A DNA stretch of 64,000 nucleotides from an uncultured Bacteroidota bacterium (GTDB taxonomy: Bacteria > Bacteroidota > Bacteroidia > AKYH767-A > 2013-40CM-41-45). The translations under genes and the position numbers were made by a program. The notes under the pieces were generated by a model. That model made no database searches, had not been told where the DNA came from, and saw only the letters and a list, made by a program, of their open reading frames with translations. Each line of letters begins with the position of its first letter. Positions within the stretch are counted from its first letter, which is position 1. The stretch lies in NCBI GenBank assembly GCA_963775555.1, contig CAVZJJ010000002.1:647397-711396 (forward strand), read 5' to 3'. This document shows, one piece after another, positions 32,282-41,747 of the stretch.

Positions 32282-33401
32282 TGCCGTGTTCAACCAATAA
32301 GTGCAATTTAAAGATTTAAACTTTCACCTTGGGACTTTTAATTGTCCCAGGTGAAAGTTAAGCTGAGAAGCTTCATCTTTGGATTGCTTATGTCAAAAAA
32401 CTACACCCATCTCAACTCTGAACAAAGATATCAGATTGAAGCCTTATTAAAAAGCGGAATCGCTCAAAAGGATATTGCGAAAATTGTAAATAAATCGCCA
32501 TCCACGATAAGTCGAGAACTTAAACGGAATATACCAAAACGTGGAAGAGGAGCTTTGGTTTACACAGCTGAAAATGCACAACGGAAAACGGATCATCGGC
32601 ATCAAATCAAAATGAAAAAAGAAAGATTTACCGATGAAATGAAAGTGTGGACGCGTCTCTGGATGAAGAGTATAAAATTCAGTCCGGAATTAATTCATGT
32701 CGTTGGCAAAAATGAGTTAGGGGATTTTGTCAGCCACGAGACCATTTACAAGTGGATTTGGCGTTGTAAGCAAAGTAATTGTAAGGAAGATAGACAAGAC
32801 AAGAAACTGTATATGCACTTAGCACATGGACGTAGAAGAAGAAAGCGCGGATTAAGAAGAGATAGCCGGGGTATTATTCCAAACCGAGTGTCTATTGAAA
32901 ATCGTCCGAAAATCGTAGATAAAAGAAAGCGCTTGGGAGATTTTGAAGTAGATCTGATGATGGGAAAAAATCATCAGGGAGCTTTGCTTGTAATGACGGA
33001 TCGGGCATCTCTGAAAACCAAACTCACAAGGTTAGCCGGGAAAGACAGCATCATAATAAAGCGCGAAATTAAACGTAGATTAATCTCATTAAAGGGAATT
33101 GTTAAAACACTTACATTTGACAACGATAAGGCATTTAGTAAACATGAATCGATAGGAAAATCGCTGAATGCTACTACCTATTTTACCCGGCCTTATACCT
33201 CACAAGATAAAGGAACTGTAGAAAACAGAATAGGATTAATCCGCAGATTCTTCCCAAAGAAAACAGACCTATTGAAAGTACCTGACATAGATGTTCAAAT
33301 AGTAGAATCAATAATTAATAACAGACCAGTAAGAAAATTTAATTATCAAACACCTAACCAAGTCTTCTCACAAAAAATTGCACTTATTACTTGAACTTAC
33401 A
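32282..33401 (+). mobile_element. IS30-family element, copy 1 (1120 bp)
   Basis: TG...CA ends sharing GTTCAAnnAATAAGTGCAATTT; 2-bp AT duplication. Confidence 0.93.
32390..33394 (+). CDS. IS30 transposase
   Basis: STISRELKRN HTH, GDFEVD, TFDNDKAF, KGTVEN, NNRPVR. Confidence 0.95.
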   Translation: MSKNYTHLNSEQRYQIEALLKSGIAQKDIAKIVNKSPSTISRELKRNIPKRGRGALVYTAENAQRKTDHRHQIKMKKERFTDEMKVWTRLWMKSIKFSPELIHVVGKNELGDFVSHETIYKWIWRCKQSNCKEDRQDKKLYMHLAHGRRRRKRGLRRDSRGIIPNRVSIENRPKIVDKRKRLGDFEVDLMMGKNHQGALLVMTDRASLKTKLTRLAGKDSIIIKREIKRRLISLKGIVKTLTFDNDKAFSKHESIGKSLNATTYFTRPYTSQDKGTVENRIGLIRRFFPKKTDLLKVPDIDVQIVESIINNRPVRKFNYQTPNQVFSQKIALIT

Positions 33402-34381
33402 ATTGTAAAAAGTCCCTTAGGTCGTATTTCTGTTTTACCAGTTCACTGTACTCAATTCCGTTTTGTTCAGCAAAAATTAAAGCATTGGTTTTAATCAGTT
33501 GAGAAACTTGAACTGTCAGACCGTAACTTCTTAGTATTTCAGCTTTCTGTTCCCAGTCGTAGTGAGCATCGATGTCGGGGTATAGTATTACATTTCGTCC
33601 GTTCAATACACTGCATTTCTCCTTTTCAGTCCATTTACAGCCGTTACTTCCGCCAGTGGCAAGGCATACACTATCAGGGTAAAAAGGTGCTGCGTAGGTC
33701 GCAGTAGCTTCGCTTTCGAATATCCTCACCTTTTTGCTGTTTCCTCTCAATAGATGTTCCCCATAAAAACAACGAGATGTATTTGCCTCAGGATTGTTTA
33801 GTATCTCTTTACCGATATACCTGCATTTTACAAATGGCTCTTTTATTCGTTTGCCAGTGGATGGATTGTAATCCATTGCTTTAATATCGCGTACCTTTCC
33901 ATTTATATCAATATAGGGGAACAATATCCAGCCTTTGTATTTATCTTTATTCGAATTGGCTAAAAAGTAATCCTGAATTATTCTTTCTAATGTATTGACA
34001 TCAAACGCAAAATCTCCCCTTTCGGGATTAGCCAACCATTGTATAAAATGGTTTTGTCTATAAAGAGGTGTGCCATTATTCAACTGCTTCATAAAAATAT
34101 CATCGGGGATAAACTGAATCTTAGGTTGCGGCTTGACCATTGGTATAATGAATCTTTTCGGTTGTGGTTTTTTCCATTGTTCAGACTGTGGTAACTCAGG
34201 TAAAAAAGTTTCTCCGCATGAATGACAATACCCATAATTTTCATGACCAACATAAGGAGCAAATTTGCCGTCTTTGTTGCTTTTTCCGCAAGGACAGGTT
34301 TTTATTCGAAGTCGATTTTTGTCAAACACAAGTTTTAGTAATGTATCGATCATAGAATAGTTCATTTTCTTAATCGTAGTT

Positions 34382-34468
34382 TGGCACATGGCACAAGCGG
34401 CATTTGTGGCACAAGTGGCATTTTGTTTGTGCCGTTTGTGCCATTAGTGCCGTAAATGCCAAATGCCA
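34382..34468. repeat. mirror-symmetric GGCA/TGCC iteron array (candidate replication origin)
   Basis: GGCA at 34383, 34390, 34399, 34408, 34417 and TGCC at 34430, 34439, 34448, 34457, 34464. Confidence 0.75.
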
Positions 34469-34473
34469 TTTGA

Positions 34474-35961
34474 TTAAATACGTTTTTCATATTCGCCCCT
34501 GCTTGTCCGGTTAAATAATTCCTTATCGTTCAGAAACCGTTTGTAAGTCCTTTCAGCAACTCCCAAACTTTTAGCTATTTGTAAGCCCGCTTCAGTTGTA
34601 AACGTGTCAGGTAATGCAATGTAAAGGGTTTGTTTGTCGGATGGGTGTTTATCCAAGGGGCTGGCATTTGAAATAATAGAATTTACTTTTATGGCTGAAT
34701 TTTTGAAATACTCAACCAGCTTTAAAGCCCCCTGCATTGCCTCAACGCTTATCGCTTGTTTGTTGCTTTCATTACAGGCATACTTCATCATTTCAAGTAT
34801 TAAAGCCAACCGAACAGCGTACATTTCCATTTTGCTATAAATACCGCTTACCGCTTCGTTTTCGGCATCATTACTTTGGTCGGTGTTTGCTTTCTGCCAT
34901 TCAAACAATATCCTTTTGGCTTCGGGTGTGAACTTCAATATTTCGGGGCTGGGGTTTAGTGTTTCATCATAGGTAATTGATAAGCTCAATAAGTTTGAAA
35001 CAATGTTTTGCCAACTCTCAATAACATCGGGGTTCAAGTCCTTTTCAGTCCAGTATGTTTTTTGTATGTTATCGGGAATTACAAACAGTATCCTATCAAT
35101 AAAACCGTTTTGGGTTCGGCTCTCTTTTGCAAGTTCGTTTAGTATCCCGGTTTGAATAGTTCCACAAACTGAAATAAAAGGTAAGGGAATAAATACGGGT
35201 TCTCCTGTTTTTCGGTCAATATTTATAGGCTTACCGCTCCAGACAGATAACCAAAATTCCATTTCGCTGCCTTTGTTGTATCGGTTGAAGTTCTTAAACC
35301 AACCTGCCAACTCATCAGCATAAACCCCGATACCCCGTTTATTAAATTTGTGAACTTCGGCAAGAGCTTCGGGTGTGAAATCTGATAAAAGAAACTTTTG
35401 CCAAACGGGTTTTATGGGATCGTCAATAGAATTTAATTCTCTTTCATTTTTTGATAGGCTTGCAGCCTTTCTATATTCCTGCCTTTGCTGTTCGTATTGC
35501 ATGTAAGTCCTTTTATCCTGCTCAACTATGGGTTGAATGGCAAAACTTAACGGGTGGCTTTTATTCGTTCCTGCACGGGCTACAATGGCAATATATAAAA
35601 CCGGACTTTCCAGCCAACCTTTTTTTACTTCAACCCTGTGGGTATTTCCAATGGCAACCGAAACAGCGTAAAGTATTGAAGCCCCGATAAAATCAATAGG
35701 GAAATTTAAGTTTTCATTTGTGGCTGCAATTATTTGCTGAATAGGCAACGGGAATACCTCAACCGGGAATCGATTTATCTGATTTGCTTTAGCTTCGATG
35801 AATAACCTTGTCAGTTGTTCGTCTTCGTTGATTATGTCTTCAGTACCAATCCCAGTTTTCACAAAAACAAATACTGGCTCCAATCCGTTTAATTTTGCAC
35901 CTCTTTTTATGCCTTGTTCGGGATTATTTGAATTGTCAAGGGAACTCAAATGGTCTTTCAT
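34474..35961 (-). CDS. DUF3987 domain protein (P-loop-like replication protein of integrative elements)
   Basis: FPVEVFP, ARAGTNKSHPL, DFTPEAL, DELAGW, GTIQTG and GFIDRILF motifs. Confidence 0.82.
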   Translation of the reverse strand: MKDHLSSLDNSNNPEQGIKRGAKLNGLEPVFVFVKTGIGTEDIINEDEQLTRLFIEAKANQINRFPVEVFPLPIQQIIAATNENLNFPIDFIGASILYAVSVAIGNTHRVEVKKGWLESPVLYIAIVARAGTNKSHPLSFAIQPIVEQDKRTYMQYEQQRQEYRKAASLSKNERELNSIDDPIKPVWQKFLLSDFTPEALAEVHKFNKRGIGVYADELAGWFKNFNRYNKGSEMEFWLSVWSGKPINIDRKTGEPVFIPLPFISVCGTIQTGILNELAKESRTQNGFIDRILFVIPDNIQKTYWTEKDLNPDVIESWQNIVSNLLSLSITYDETLNPSPEILKFTPEAKRILFEWQKANTDQSNDAENEAVSGIYSKMEMYAVRLALILEMMKYACNESNKQAISVEAMQGALKLVEYFKNSAIKVNSIISNASPLDKHPSDKQTLYIALPDTFTTEAGLQIAKSLGVAERTYKRFLNDKELFNRTSRGEYEKRI

Positions 35962-35976
35962 TTACAGTTCCCTTCT

Positions 35977-36270
35977 TTAATTAGAGAACCTTTTGACGAA
36001 AGCATCAATTGTAGCCTTTGAGAAAAGCACCTTGCCTCCGAATGATATTGCAGGGAGATCCCCGCTATTTCGATACTTCCAAAGAGTTTTAGGGCTTTTG
36101 ATTTTTAAAATTGCCATTGTTTCTTTTGGAGTGAACAACTTTGCATTTTCATCATCCACGTTTTTTTCAGATAGGATTTTAGAAAACTTTGCCACCTCTT
36201 CTTTGATATCATTCAAATCTTTCTGATTCACTACTACCAATTGCGTACTTTCATTGTGGTTTGCTTCCAT
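35977..36270 (-). CDS. HTH_17-type excisionase / DNA-binding protein
   Basis: FTPKETMAILKIKSPKTLWKYRNSGDL...GGKVLFS; position near the integrase. Confidence 0.8.
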   Translation of the reverse strand: MEANHNESTQLVVVNQKDLNDIKEEVAKFSKILSEKNVDDENAKLFTPKETMAILKIKSPKTLWKYRNSGDLPAISFGGKVLFSKATIDAFVKRFSN

Positions 36271-36368
36271 TTGCTTTTTTTTAAAGGTTCTATGGAGCAA
36301 AAATTCGCCTTTTAATGATTCCTAAGGTAGGAACAAATCAAATTAATTTTTTCAGAAAAGTTTCTAAG

Positions 36369-37488
36369 TGTAAGTTCAAGTAATAAGTGCAATTTTTTGT
36401 GAGAAGACTTGGTTAGGTGTTTGATAATTAAATTTTCTTACTGGTCTGTTATTAATTATTGATTCTACTATTTGAACATCTATGTCAGGTACTTTCAATA
36501 GGTCTGTTTTCTTTGGGAAGAATCTGCGGATTAATCCTATTCTGTTTTCTACAGTTCCTTTATCTTGTGAGGTATAAGGCCGGGTAAAATAGGTAGTAGC
36601 ATTCAGCGATTTTCCTATCGATTCATGTTTACTAAATGCCTTATCGTTGTCAAATGTAAGTGTTTTAACAATTCCCTTTAATGAGATTAATCTACGTTTA
36701 ATTTCGCGCTTTATTATGATGCTGTCTTTCCCGGCTAACCTTGTGAGTTTGGTTTTCAGAGATGCCCGATCCGTCATTACAAGCAAAGCTCCCTGATGAT
36801 TTTTTCCCATCATCAGATCTACTTCAAAATCTCCCAAGCGCTTTCTTTTATCTACGATTTTCGGACGATTTTCAATAGACACTCGGTTTGGAATAATACC
36901 CCGGCTATCTCTTCTTAATCCGCGCTTTCTTCTTCTACGTCCATGTGCTAAGTGCATATACAGTTTCTTGTCTTGTCTATCTTCCTTACAATTACTTTGC
37001 TTACAACGCCAAATCCACTTGTAAATGGTCTCGTGGCTGACAAAATCCCCTAACTCATTTTTGCCAACGACATGAATTAATTCCGGACTGAATTTTATAC
37101 TCTTCATCCAGAGACGCGTCCACACTTTCATTTCATCGGTAAATCTTTCTTTTTTCATTTTGATTTGATGCCGATGATCCGTTTTCCGTTGTGCATTTTC
37201 AGCTGTGTAAACCAAAGCTCCTCTTCCACGTTTTGGTATATTCCGTTTAAGTTCTCGACTTATCGTGGATGGCGATTTATTTACAATTTTCGCAATATCC
37301 TTTTGAGCGATTCCGCTTTTTAATAAGGCTTCAATCTGATATCTTTGTTCAGAGTTGAGATGGGTGTAGTTTTTTGACATAAGCAATCCAAAGATGAAGC
37401 TTCTCAGCTTAACTTTCACCTGGGACAATTAAAAGTCCCAAGGTGAAAGTTTAAATCTTTAAATTGCACTTATTGGTTGAACACGGCA
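36369..37488 (-). mobile_element. IS30-family element, copy 2 (1120 bp, inverted relative to copy 1)
   Basis: Same ends and identical transposase protein; 2-bp AG duplication. Confidence 0.93.
36376..37380 (-). CDS. IS30 transposase
   Basis: Protein identical to 32390-33394. Confidence 0.95.
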   Translation of the reverse strand: MSKNYTHLNSEQRYQIEALLKSGIAQKDIAKIVNKSPSTISRELKRNIPKRGRGALVYTAENAQRKTDHRHQIKMKKERFTDEMKVWTRLWMKSIKFSPELIHVVGKNELGDFVSHETIYKWIWRCKQSNCKEDRQDKKLYMHLAHGRRRRKRGLRRDSRGIIPNRVSIENRPKIVDKRKRLGDFEVDLMMGKNHQGALLVMTDRASLKTKLTRLAGKDSIIIKREIKRRLISLKGIVKTLTFDNDKAFSKHESIGKSLNATTYFTRPYTSQDKGTVENRIGLIRRFFPKKTDLLKVPDIDVQIVESIINNRPVRKFNYQTPNQVFSQKIALIT

Positions 37489-38274
37489 AGATATTTTTTC
37501 AGATTTCGCATTCTTTTTAAAATAGCCTTTCACTGCTTGTTGTAGCACGAGGTCTTTCTTTGTCTTTATAGACCTAATATCCTTTTTTTGTGATTCTACA
37601 GGAGCCTCAGCAAGCTTTAATTTTCCGGATAGGTAAAGAACCCAAGCGCATAAAATTTCAGATATGTTTTTTGATTTTCCGAGACTACTAAAATAGTCGA
37701 AACATTCATTGGCGATAAGTCTTCCCAAATATGTTTGTTTGACACGGCCAAGGATATGTGTCGGACCAAGGTCAGATTGCTCCCATTTGTAACCCTTAAT
37801 TAGTTTTTTGATCCGTGTAATAATCCATGTGTTATCAATTATTATTTTTGTGTTCTTATGCTTAATTCTGAAAGAAATATTATCGATATCAGATTCTACA
37901 ATTTTATCAAGTTCGTCTTCTCTGGAGTTCACTCTGAACCTATCATCAATTTCGCCATCTATATTCAAACACCGGGTTCTCATATAATTCATTATTTGAG
38001 GATGATCATCCCCACATGCATAAAACAGGAGGAAGTAAAAATTTAAAATGTACTTTTTTAAGTCATACCGTTCAAGTAGCTTGATAATCTCGTCATTGTG
38101 GGTAAGGGCTTCGGCGAATTGTTTAAAATGTTTGGTGGGTTTTTCTAATTCTTTTTCACAATGAACAGTTTGATATTCCTTCCCCCAGGAAAGAAAGTCA
38201 AGGAATGATTCTTTTTTAAACTTGTTAGCCTTAAACTTGCTGAGCAATTCAGCCGGGTTAGGGTTTTCTTGCAT
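37459..38274 (-). CDS. hypothetical island protein (IS30 inserted at its stop codon, adding 10 aa)
   Basis: 271-aa ORF directly after the integrase; pre-insertion sequence ends AKSEKIS-TAG. Confidence 0.7.
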   Translation of the reverse strand: MQENPNPAELLSKFKANKFKKESFLDFLSWGKEYQTVHCEKELEKPTKHFKQFAEALTHNDEIIKLLERYDLKKYILNFYFLLFYACGDDHPQIMNYMRTRCLNIDGEIDDRFRVNSREDELDKIVESDIDNISFRIKHKNTKIIIDNTWIITRIKKLIKGYKWEQSDLGPTHILGRVKQTYLGRLIANECFDYFSSLGKSKNISEILCAWVLYLSGKLKLAEAPVESQKKDIRSIKTKKDLVLQQAVKGYFKKNAKSEKISCRVQPISAI

Positions 38275-38278
38275 AGAA

Positions 38279-39496
38279 TTAATATTTTAAAATTGAGGCG
38301 TGAGTATCATCAAGTGTCTGGGTGTTGAAGGAGTTCAAATACTGTTCGGTGACTTGTTTACTGCTATGCCCAAGTAGTTCTGAGTTCTTTTGAAGTTCTA
38401 TTCCACTCTGTTTTGCCAGATTTGCAAAAGAATGTCTCGCCACATGACTGCTTAGGTTTTTTTTGATCCCAGCTTTTTTAGCAATTTGTTTCAAATACTT
38501 ATTGATTAGGGCCTCTTGCCTACTTATTTCGTTATGCCTCTTATGAGGATCTTTCATATCTGCAAAAGAATTGATGATAGGGAATATATAACCTTTAGTT
38601 TTTAATTTACCTCCCCTGTAATGGTTGAGAATTTTTAATGACTTGGCAAAGACTTTCACAGACATTAATTTGCCTGTTTTGTTCATTCTGTATTCTATTC
38701 GCTCGTTAATTAGATTGCTCCACTCCAATTCCATTAGGTCTCCGATGCGAATACCGGCACAATAGAATGAAAACAAGAAGTAGTTTTTACAATGCCAAAT
38801 CAATGAGTCAGGTTCAAGAATTAGGGCTTCAAGACTTTTTATTTCTTTAACGGTTAATTTCTCTTTACTCCCAGGCTCGGTTTGAAGCTTAAAATTGAAG
38901 AAAGGGTTTCTTTCTTGAGTTGCTATTCCTTCATTAATTGCCTGATAAAACAAGGCTTTTATAGATTTTAAATTGCTGTGAATAGTATTCTTTTTATTTC
39001 CAAGTTTTGTAAGGTGATGTTTATAGTCTGTTAAAAAGGTAACTGTAAGGTCTTCAAATAAGAGGTGTTTCCCTTTGTGGTAATCCCTTAGCTTGCCTAC
39101 TATTGATTTATATTTTTTATATGAAGAAATTCTCCCCTCCTCCAAGGTCATTTGAATTTTTTTTTCGGCAAATTGAAAGAAATCCGTTGTATATCCCTTG
39201 TGGTGGGCTAAAATTGCCGTCATTGTAGGATTAGGTGTATCTTTCTCAATCTCAGAAAGGGATTGCTCGACCTCCTTTAACTTTCTTTTCAACCGATTGT
39301 TTAATTGTGAGTGTTGGGGATTGCTGGTACGGACCCAGTTGCCATATTTGGCTTTTTTATTAAATTCGCTTGCCCTTAGAAAGACACCAGTTGAGATTCG
39401 GCGATGTCTTCTGTTCTGAGTGATACGAATGAGTATGCCGGTGGTTTTATCCTCTTTAGGCTTAGAGTTTAGTTCTAAATTGAATGTAGTAGTCAT
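38279..39496 (-). CDS. tyrosine recombinase / integrase with Bacteroidota arm-binding and SAM-like domains
   Basis: ILIRITQNR...ISTG arm domain; catalytic GIRIGD, K, HVARHSFA, LLGH and Y intact. Confidence 0.93.
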   Translation of the reverse strand: MTTTFNLELNSKPKEDKTTGILIRITQNRRHRRISTGVFLRASEFNKKAKYGNWVRTSNPQHSQLNNRLKRKLKEVEQSLSEIEKDTPNPTMTAILAHHKGYTTDFFQFAEKKIQMTLEEGRISSYKKYKSIVGKLRDYHKGKHLLFEDLTVTFLTDYKHHLTKLGNKKNTIHSNLKSIKALFYQAINEGIATQERNPFFNFKLQTEPGSKEKLTVKEIKSLEALILEPDSLIWHCKNYFLFSFYCAGIRIGDLMELEWSNLINERIEYRMNKTGKLMSVKVFAKSLKILNHYRGGKLKTKGYIFPIINSFADMKDPHKRHNEISRQEALINKYLKQIAKKAGIKKNLSSHVARHSFANLAKQSGIELQKNSELLGHSSKQVTEQYLNSFNTQTLDDTHASILKY

Positions 39497-39677
39497 GATT
39501 CTTATTTTAATATCCAAAGCAAAGATAACTAACTTGAGTACTACTGTAACAATACTGAAACAAAATGTAAATTCAAATAATTTTGGATGCCTTAAAATAC
39601 TAATACAAGTGCTTGTAAACCAAAGAGAATAATGAAATGTCGGGTATTTGAAATTATTCCAATATCTCATTTGTAGG

Positions 39678-39694
39678 CCAACAGGGCCCACTTT
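39678..39694 (+). repeat. right att core (duplicated tRNA 3' end)
   Basis: CCAACAGGGCCCACTTT, identical to 17292-17308. Confidence 0.9.
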
Positions 39695-39783
39695 TTTTCT
39701 TTCGACTATTTTCATGTTCCTGATCCAATTGAATTAGACCGTTCCGGATCAGTTTTCTGAGATATGAAACCGGTGCCGCCGGT

Positions 39784-40644
39784 TTAAAAGTTTGCAGAGA
39801 ATTGGAGGCCCCAAATCGCATGATTCGATTGTTTGTGATATCCAACCGGTGACATGCTTAATTGTGCTTTGACTTTTTGCTTATATCCCAATCCGTCTAA
39901 AATAGTATTGAATGGATCCATGAAAAACAAAGTAGAGACGCCTAATAATTTTGACCTCAATATTTTCGAATTGTGTCTTAAGATTTCTTTTTTAGCGAAA
40001 TAAAATCCTTCACCTACCACGGAGCCAATGATGGGTGTTACAACAATATCCTGGTAGGAAGGAACTTCTGCAAAGGCCTCGATGCCATATTCCCAAAAAA
40101 GTGTTGACATCACCGTAGAATAAAGAAAGGATTCTAACCTGTTGAATCCGCTGCTTCTGGCTGTCATATAATATACTCCACCTGCATAAGGATGTGTGAC
40201 GTAATTGAAAAAGAAATTATCCTGGTCCATAATCGGACCACTCTTCACGTTTTGTTCCCATTTTCTAGATATGCCGTTGTTTTTCATATCCTTTTTATCC
40301 CATCCGGAAACATTCTCCGGACACAAATACAATACTCCAAAAATAACCGCGGCAGCGCCGAAGTAGAGCGAAGTATTGAGGGTTAATTTTCTAAAATCTC
40401 TTGAAGAAGGGGGATAATCAATTATCGCTTTACGATGAGATGAAGAGGATGGGCGAAGGGTGCTATCGCTGCTCGGAGATTCATCATCAATATTTATATC
40501 AGAATTCAGTTCAACCGAATTGTCAATAGATATGTTTGGCTGCGTTTGATTGTCGTTATAGCATAGTGGGAGTGATTGAGTAAAGGAATTACTCCAGAAA
40601 AACAAAAACAGAAAACTTAAAAAAAACGTTTTGGAGTTAATCAT
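39784..40644 (-). CDS. DUF3943 domain outer-membrane protein
   Basis: NYVTHPYAGGVYY, WEYGIEAFAEVPSYQD and DPFN motifs. Confidence 0.75.
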   Translation of the reverse strand: MINSKTFFLSFLFLFFWSNSFTQSLPLCYNDNQTQPNISIDNSVELNSDINIDDESPSSDSTLRPSSSSHRKAIIDYPPSSRDFRKLTLNTSLYFGAAAVIFGVLYLCPENVSGWDKKDMKNNGISRKWEQNVKSGPIMDQDNFFFNYVTHPYAGGVYYMTARSSGFNRLESFLYSTVMSTLFWEYGIEAFAEVPSYQDIVVTPIIGSVVGEGFYFAKKEILRHNSKILRSKLLGVSTLFFMDPFNTILDGLGYKQKVKAQLSMSPVGYHKQSNHAIWGLQFSANF

Positions 40645-40984
40645 GTCCGCCTTTCAACTCTGCAAATATCAGTACTTTAAAACAATTATTGATCGTAAAG
40701 TAAATAATTAGCTATGACTATTCGAATAGAAAGTGGAAAATTATCAATAGAAAGCATAGGGATTTCCGTGCATAAACAGATTGATTCTGCTAATTCTACT
40801 CCTTATTTGTCTTTAGATATGCCGAAATACCCTAAACCAGGATCTTTCATCTGAAAAGTCCTGTGCCAGGTGGGAAGAATAATCGTTCCCTTTTATTCAG
40901 TATTAATAATTTAAGTAATATTGTTGCAGGTCAGTTTTGCCATAGATTCCAAACAAGGATAAGCTGCCTTGAAAATCAACATTC

Positions 40985-41695
40985 ATGTATAAGTCAATAA
41001 ACCCCCGGCCTGCCAGACAAAAAATCATTTTATTCGTTCTTCTATTTGTTTTTGCTTCCGGCTATTCTGCTTTTTCCCAATCAACGCCATCTTTGAAAGC
41101 GGTATCCTCCATGCAGGATAACCTCATTGTTTCTATAGGTATGGCAAGCTGGGTTTCAGTGCCTGAAGAGGTAGAAATAGAAACGCTGCAGTCAAGAGAA
41201 TTTGGGGTGTTTCTTATGGGAGAACGAATGATCCCATCAGGAATAGCGGGTCTTGGTTTTGGTTTGGGATTCACTTCGCAAAATGTGAACAGTGATGCAA
41301 CATTGGAGGAAAGTAATGATGGAGCTTTTACTTATTTCTCCAAAATTCCTGATAGCATCTCCTATTGCCGGAATAAAATTTCGCTCAATTTTCTGGATGC
41401 ACTTTTAGAGATTCGATTGCATTCACAACCCAATGCGGATCGAAAGCGATTCAAATTCAACGCAGGATTCAAAGCCGGGATTTTGGTTCAAAGCCATGTC
41501 AAATTTAAAGACGAAGATGCTACATACAAACAATCCCTGATTTCGCATCTTAATAAATATCAATACGGACTGACTACCCGCTTCGGATATGGGAATGTGG
41601 CTATCGGAGGATATTATTCTTTGCTCGGAATTTTTAAAACGGACGAAGGTCCCGACCTGATTCCTTATTCGATAAGTATCTTTCTTACCCTCTGA
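40985..41695 (+). CDS. outer-membrane beta-barrel (porin family) protein
   Basis: Signal peptide; amphipathic strands (FKFNAGFKAG, YGLTTRFGY). Confidence 0.65.
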   Translation: MYKSINPRPARQKIILFVLLFVFASGYSAFSQSTPSLKAVSSMQDNLIVSIGMASWVSVPEEVEIETLQSREFGVFLMGERMIPSGIAGLGFGLGFTSQNVNSDATLEESNDGAFTYFSKIPDSISYCRNKISLNFLDALLEIRLHSQPNADRKRFKFNAGFKAGILVQSHVKFKDEDATYKQSLISHLNKYQYGLTTRFGYGNVAIGGYYSLLGIFKTDEGPDLIPYSISIFLTL

Positions 41696-41747
41696 GTTAT
41701 TGATTCAATTACTGACCGGAAAATAGTTCGGTCCTATTCGCGATTTT

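Larger units (their letters stand above)
31939..34389 (-). pseudogene. DUF6371-type primase-like protein (Zn finger + TOPRIM-like) split by IS30
   Basis: CPCG...CHSC; FESEATA, ATGG, LYPDID; removing the IS restores YDLRDFLQ|FKDLGVFLKLQP in frame (1329 nt). Confidence 0.8.
17292..39694. mobile_element. tRNA-integrated genomic island (~22.4 kb) with defence cargo
   Basis: 17-bp direct repeat CCAACAGGGCCCACTTT at 17292-17308 and 39678-39694; tyrosine integrase next to the right repeat; visibly AT-richer interior. Confidence 0.93.

Noticed and set aside
32282-37488. Composite transposon inserted as one unit
   Set aside because: Each IS30 has its own target duplication and the interrupted sequences reconstruct in place.
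38279-39715. Island integrase as an integron integrase, and the 478-aa extended ORF
   Set aside because: It has an arm-binding N-terminus, no visible IntI-specific insertion, and its own tRNA att sites. The extension crosses the att repeat, so the likely start is ATG 39496.
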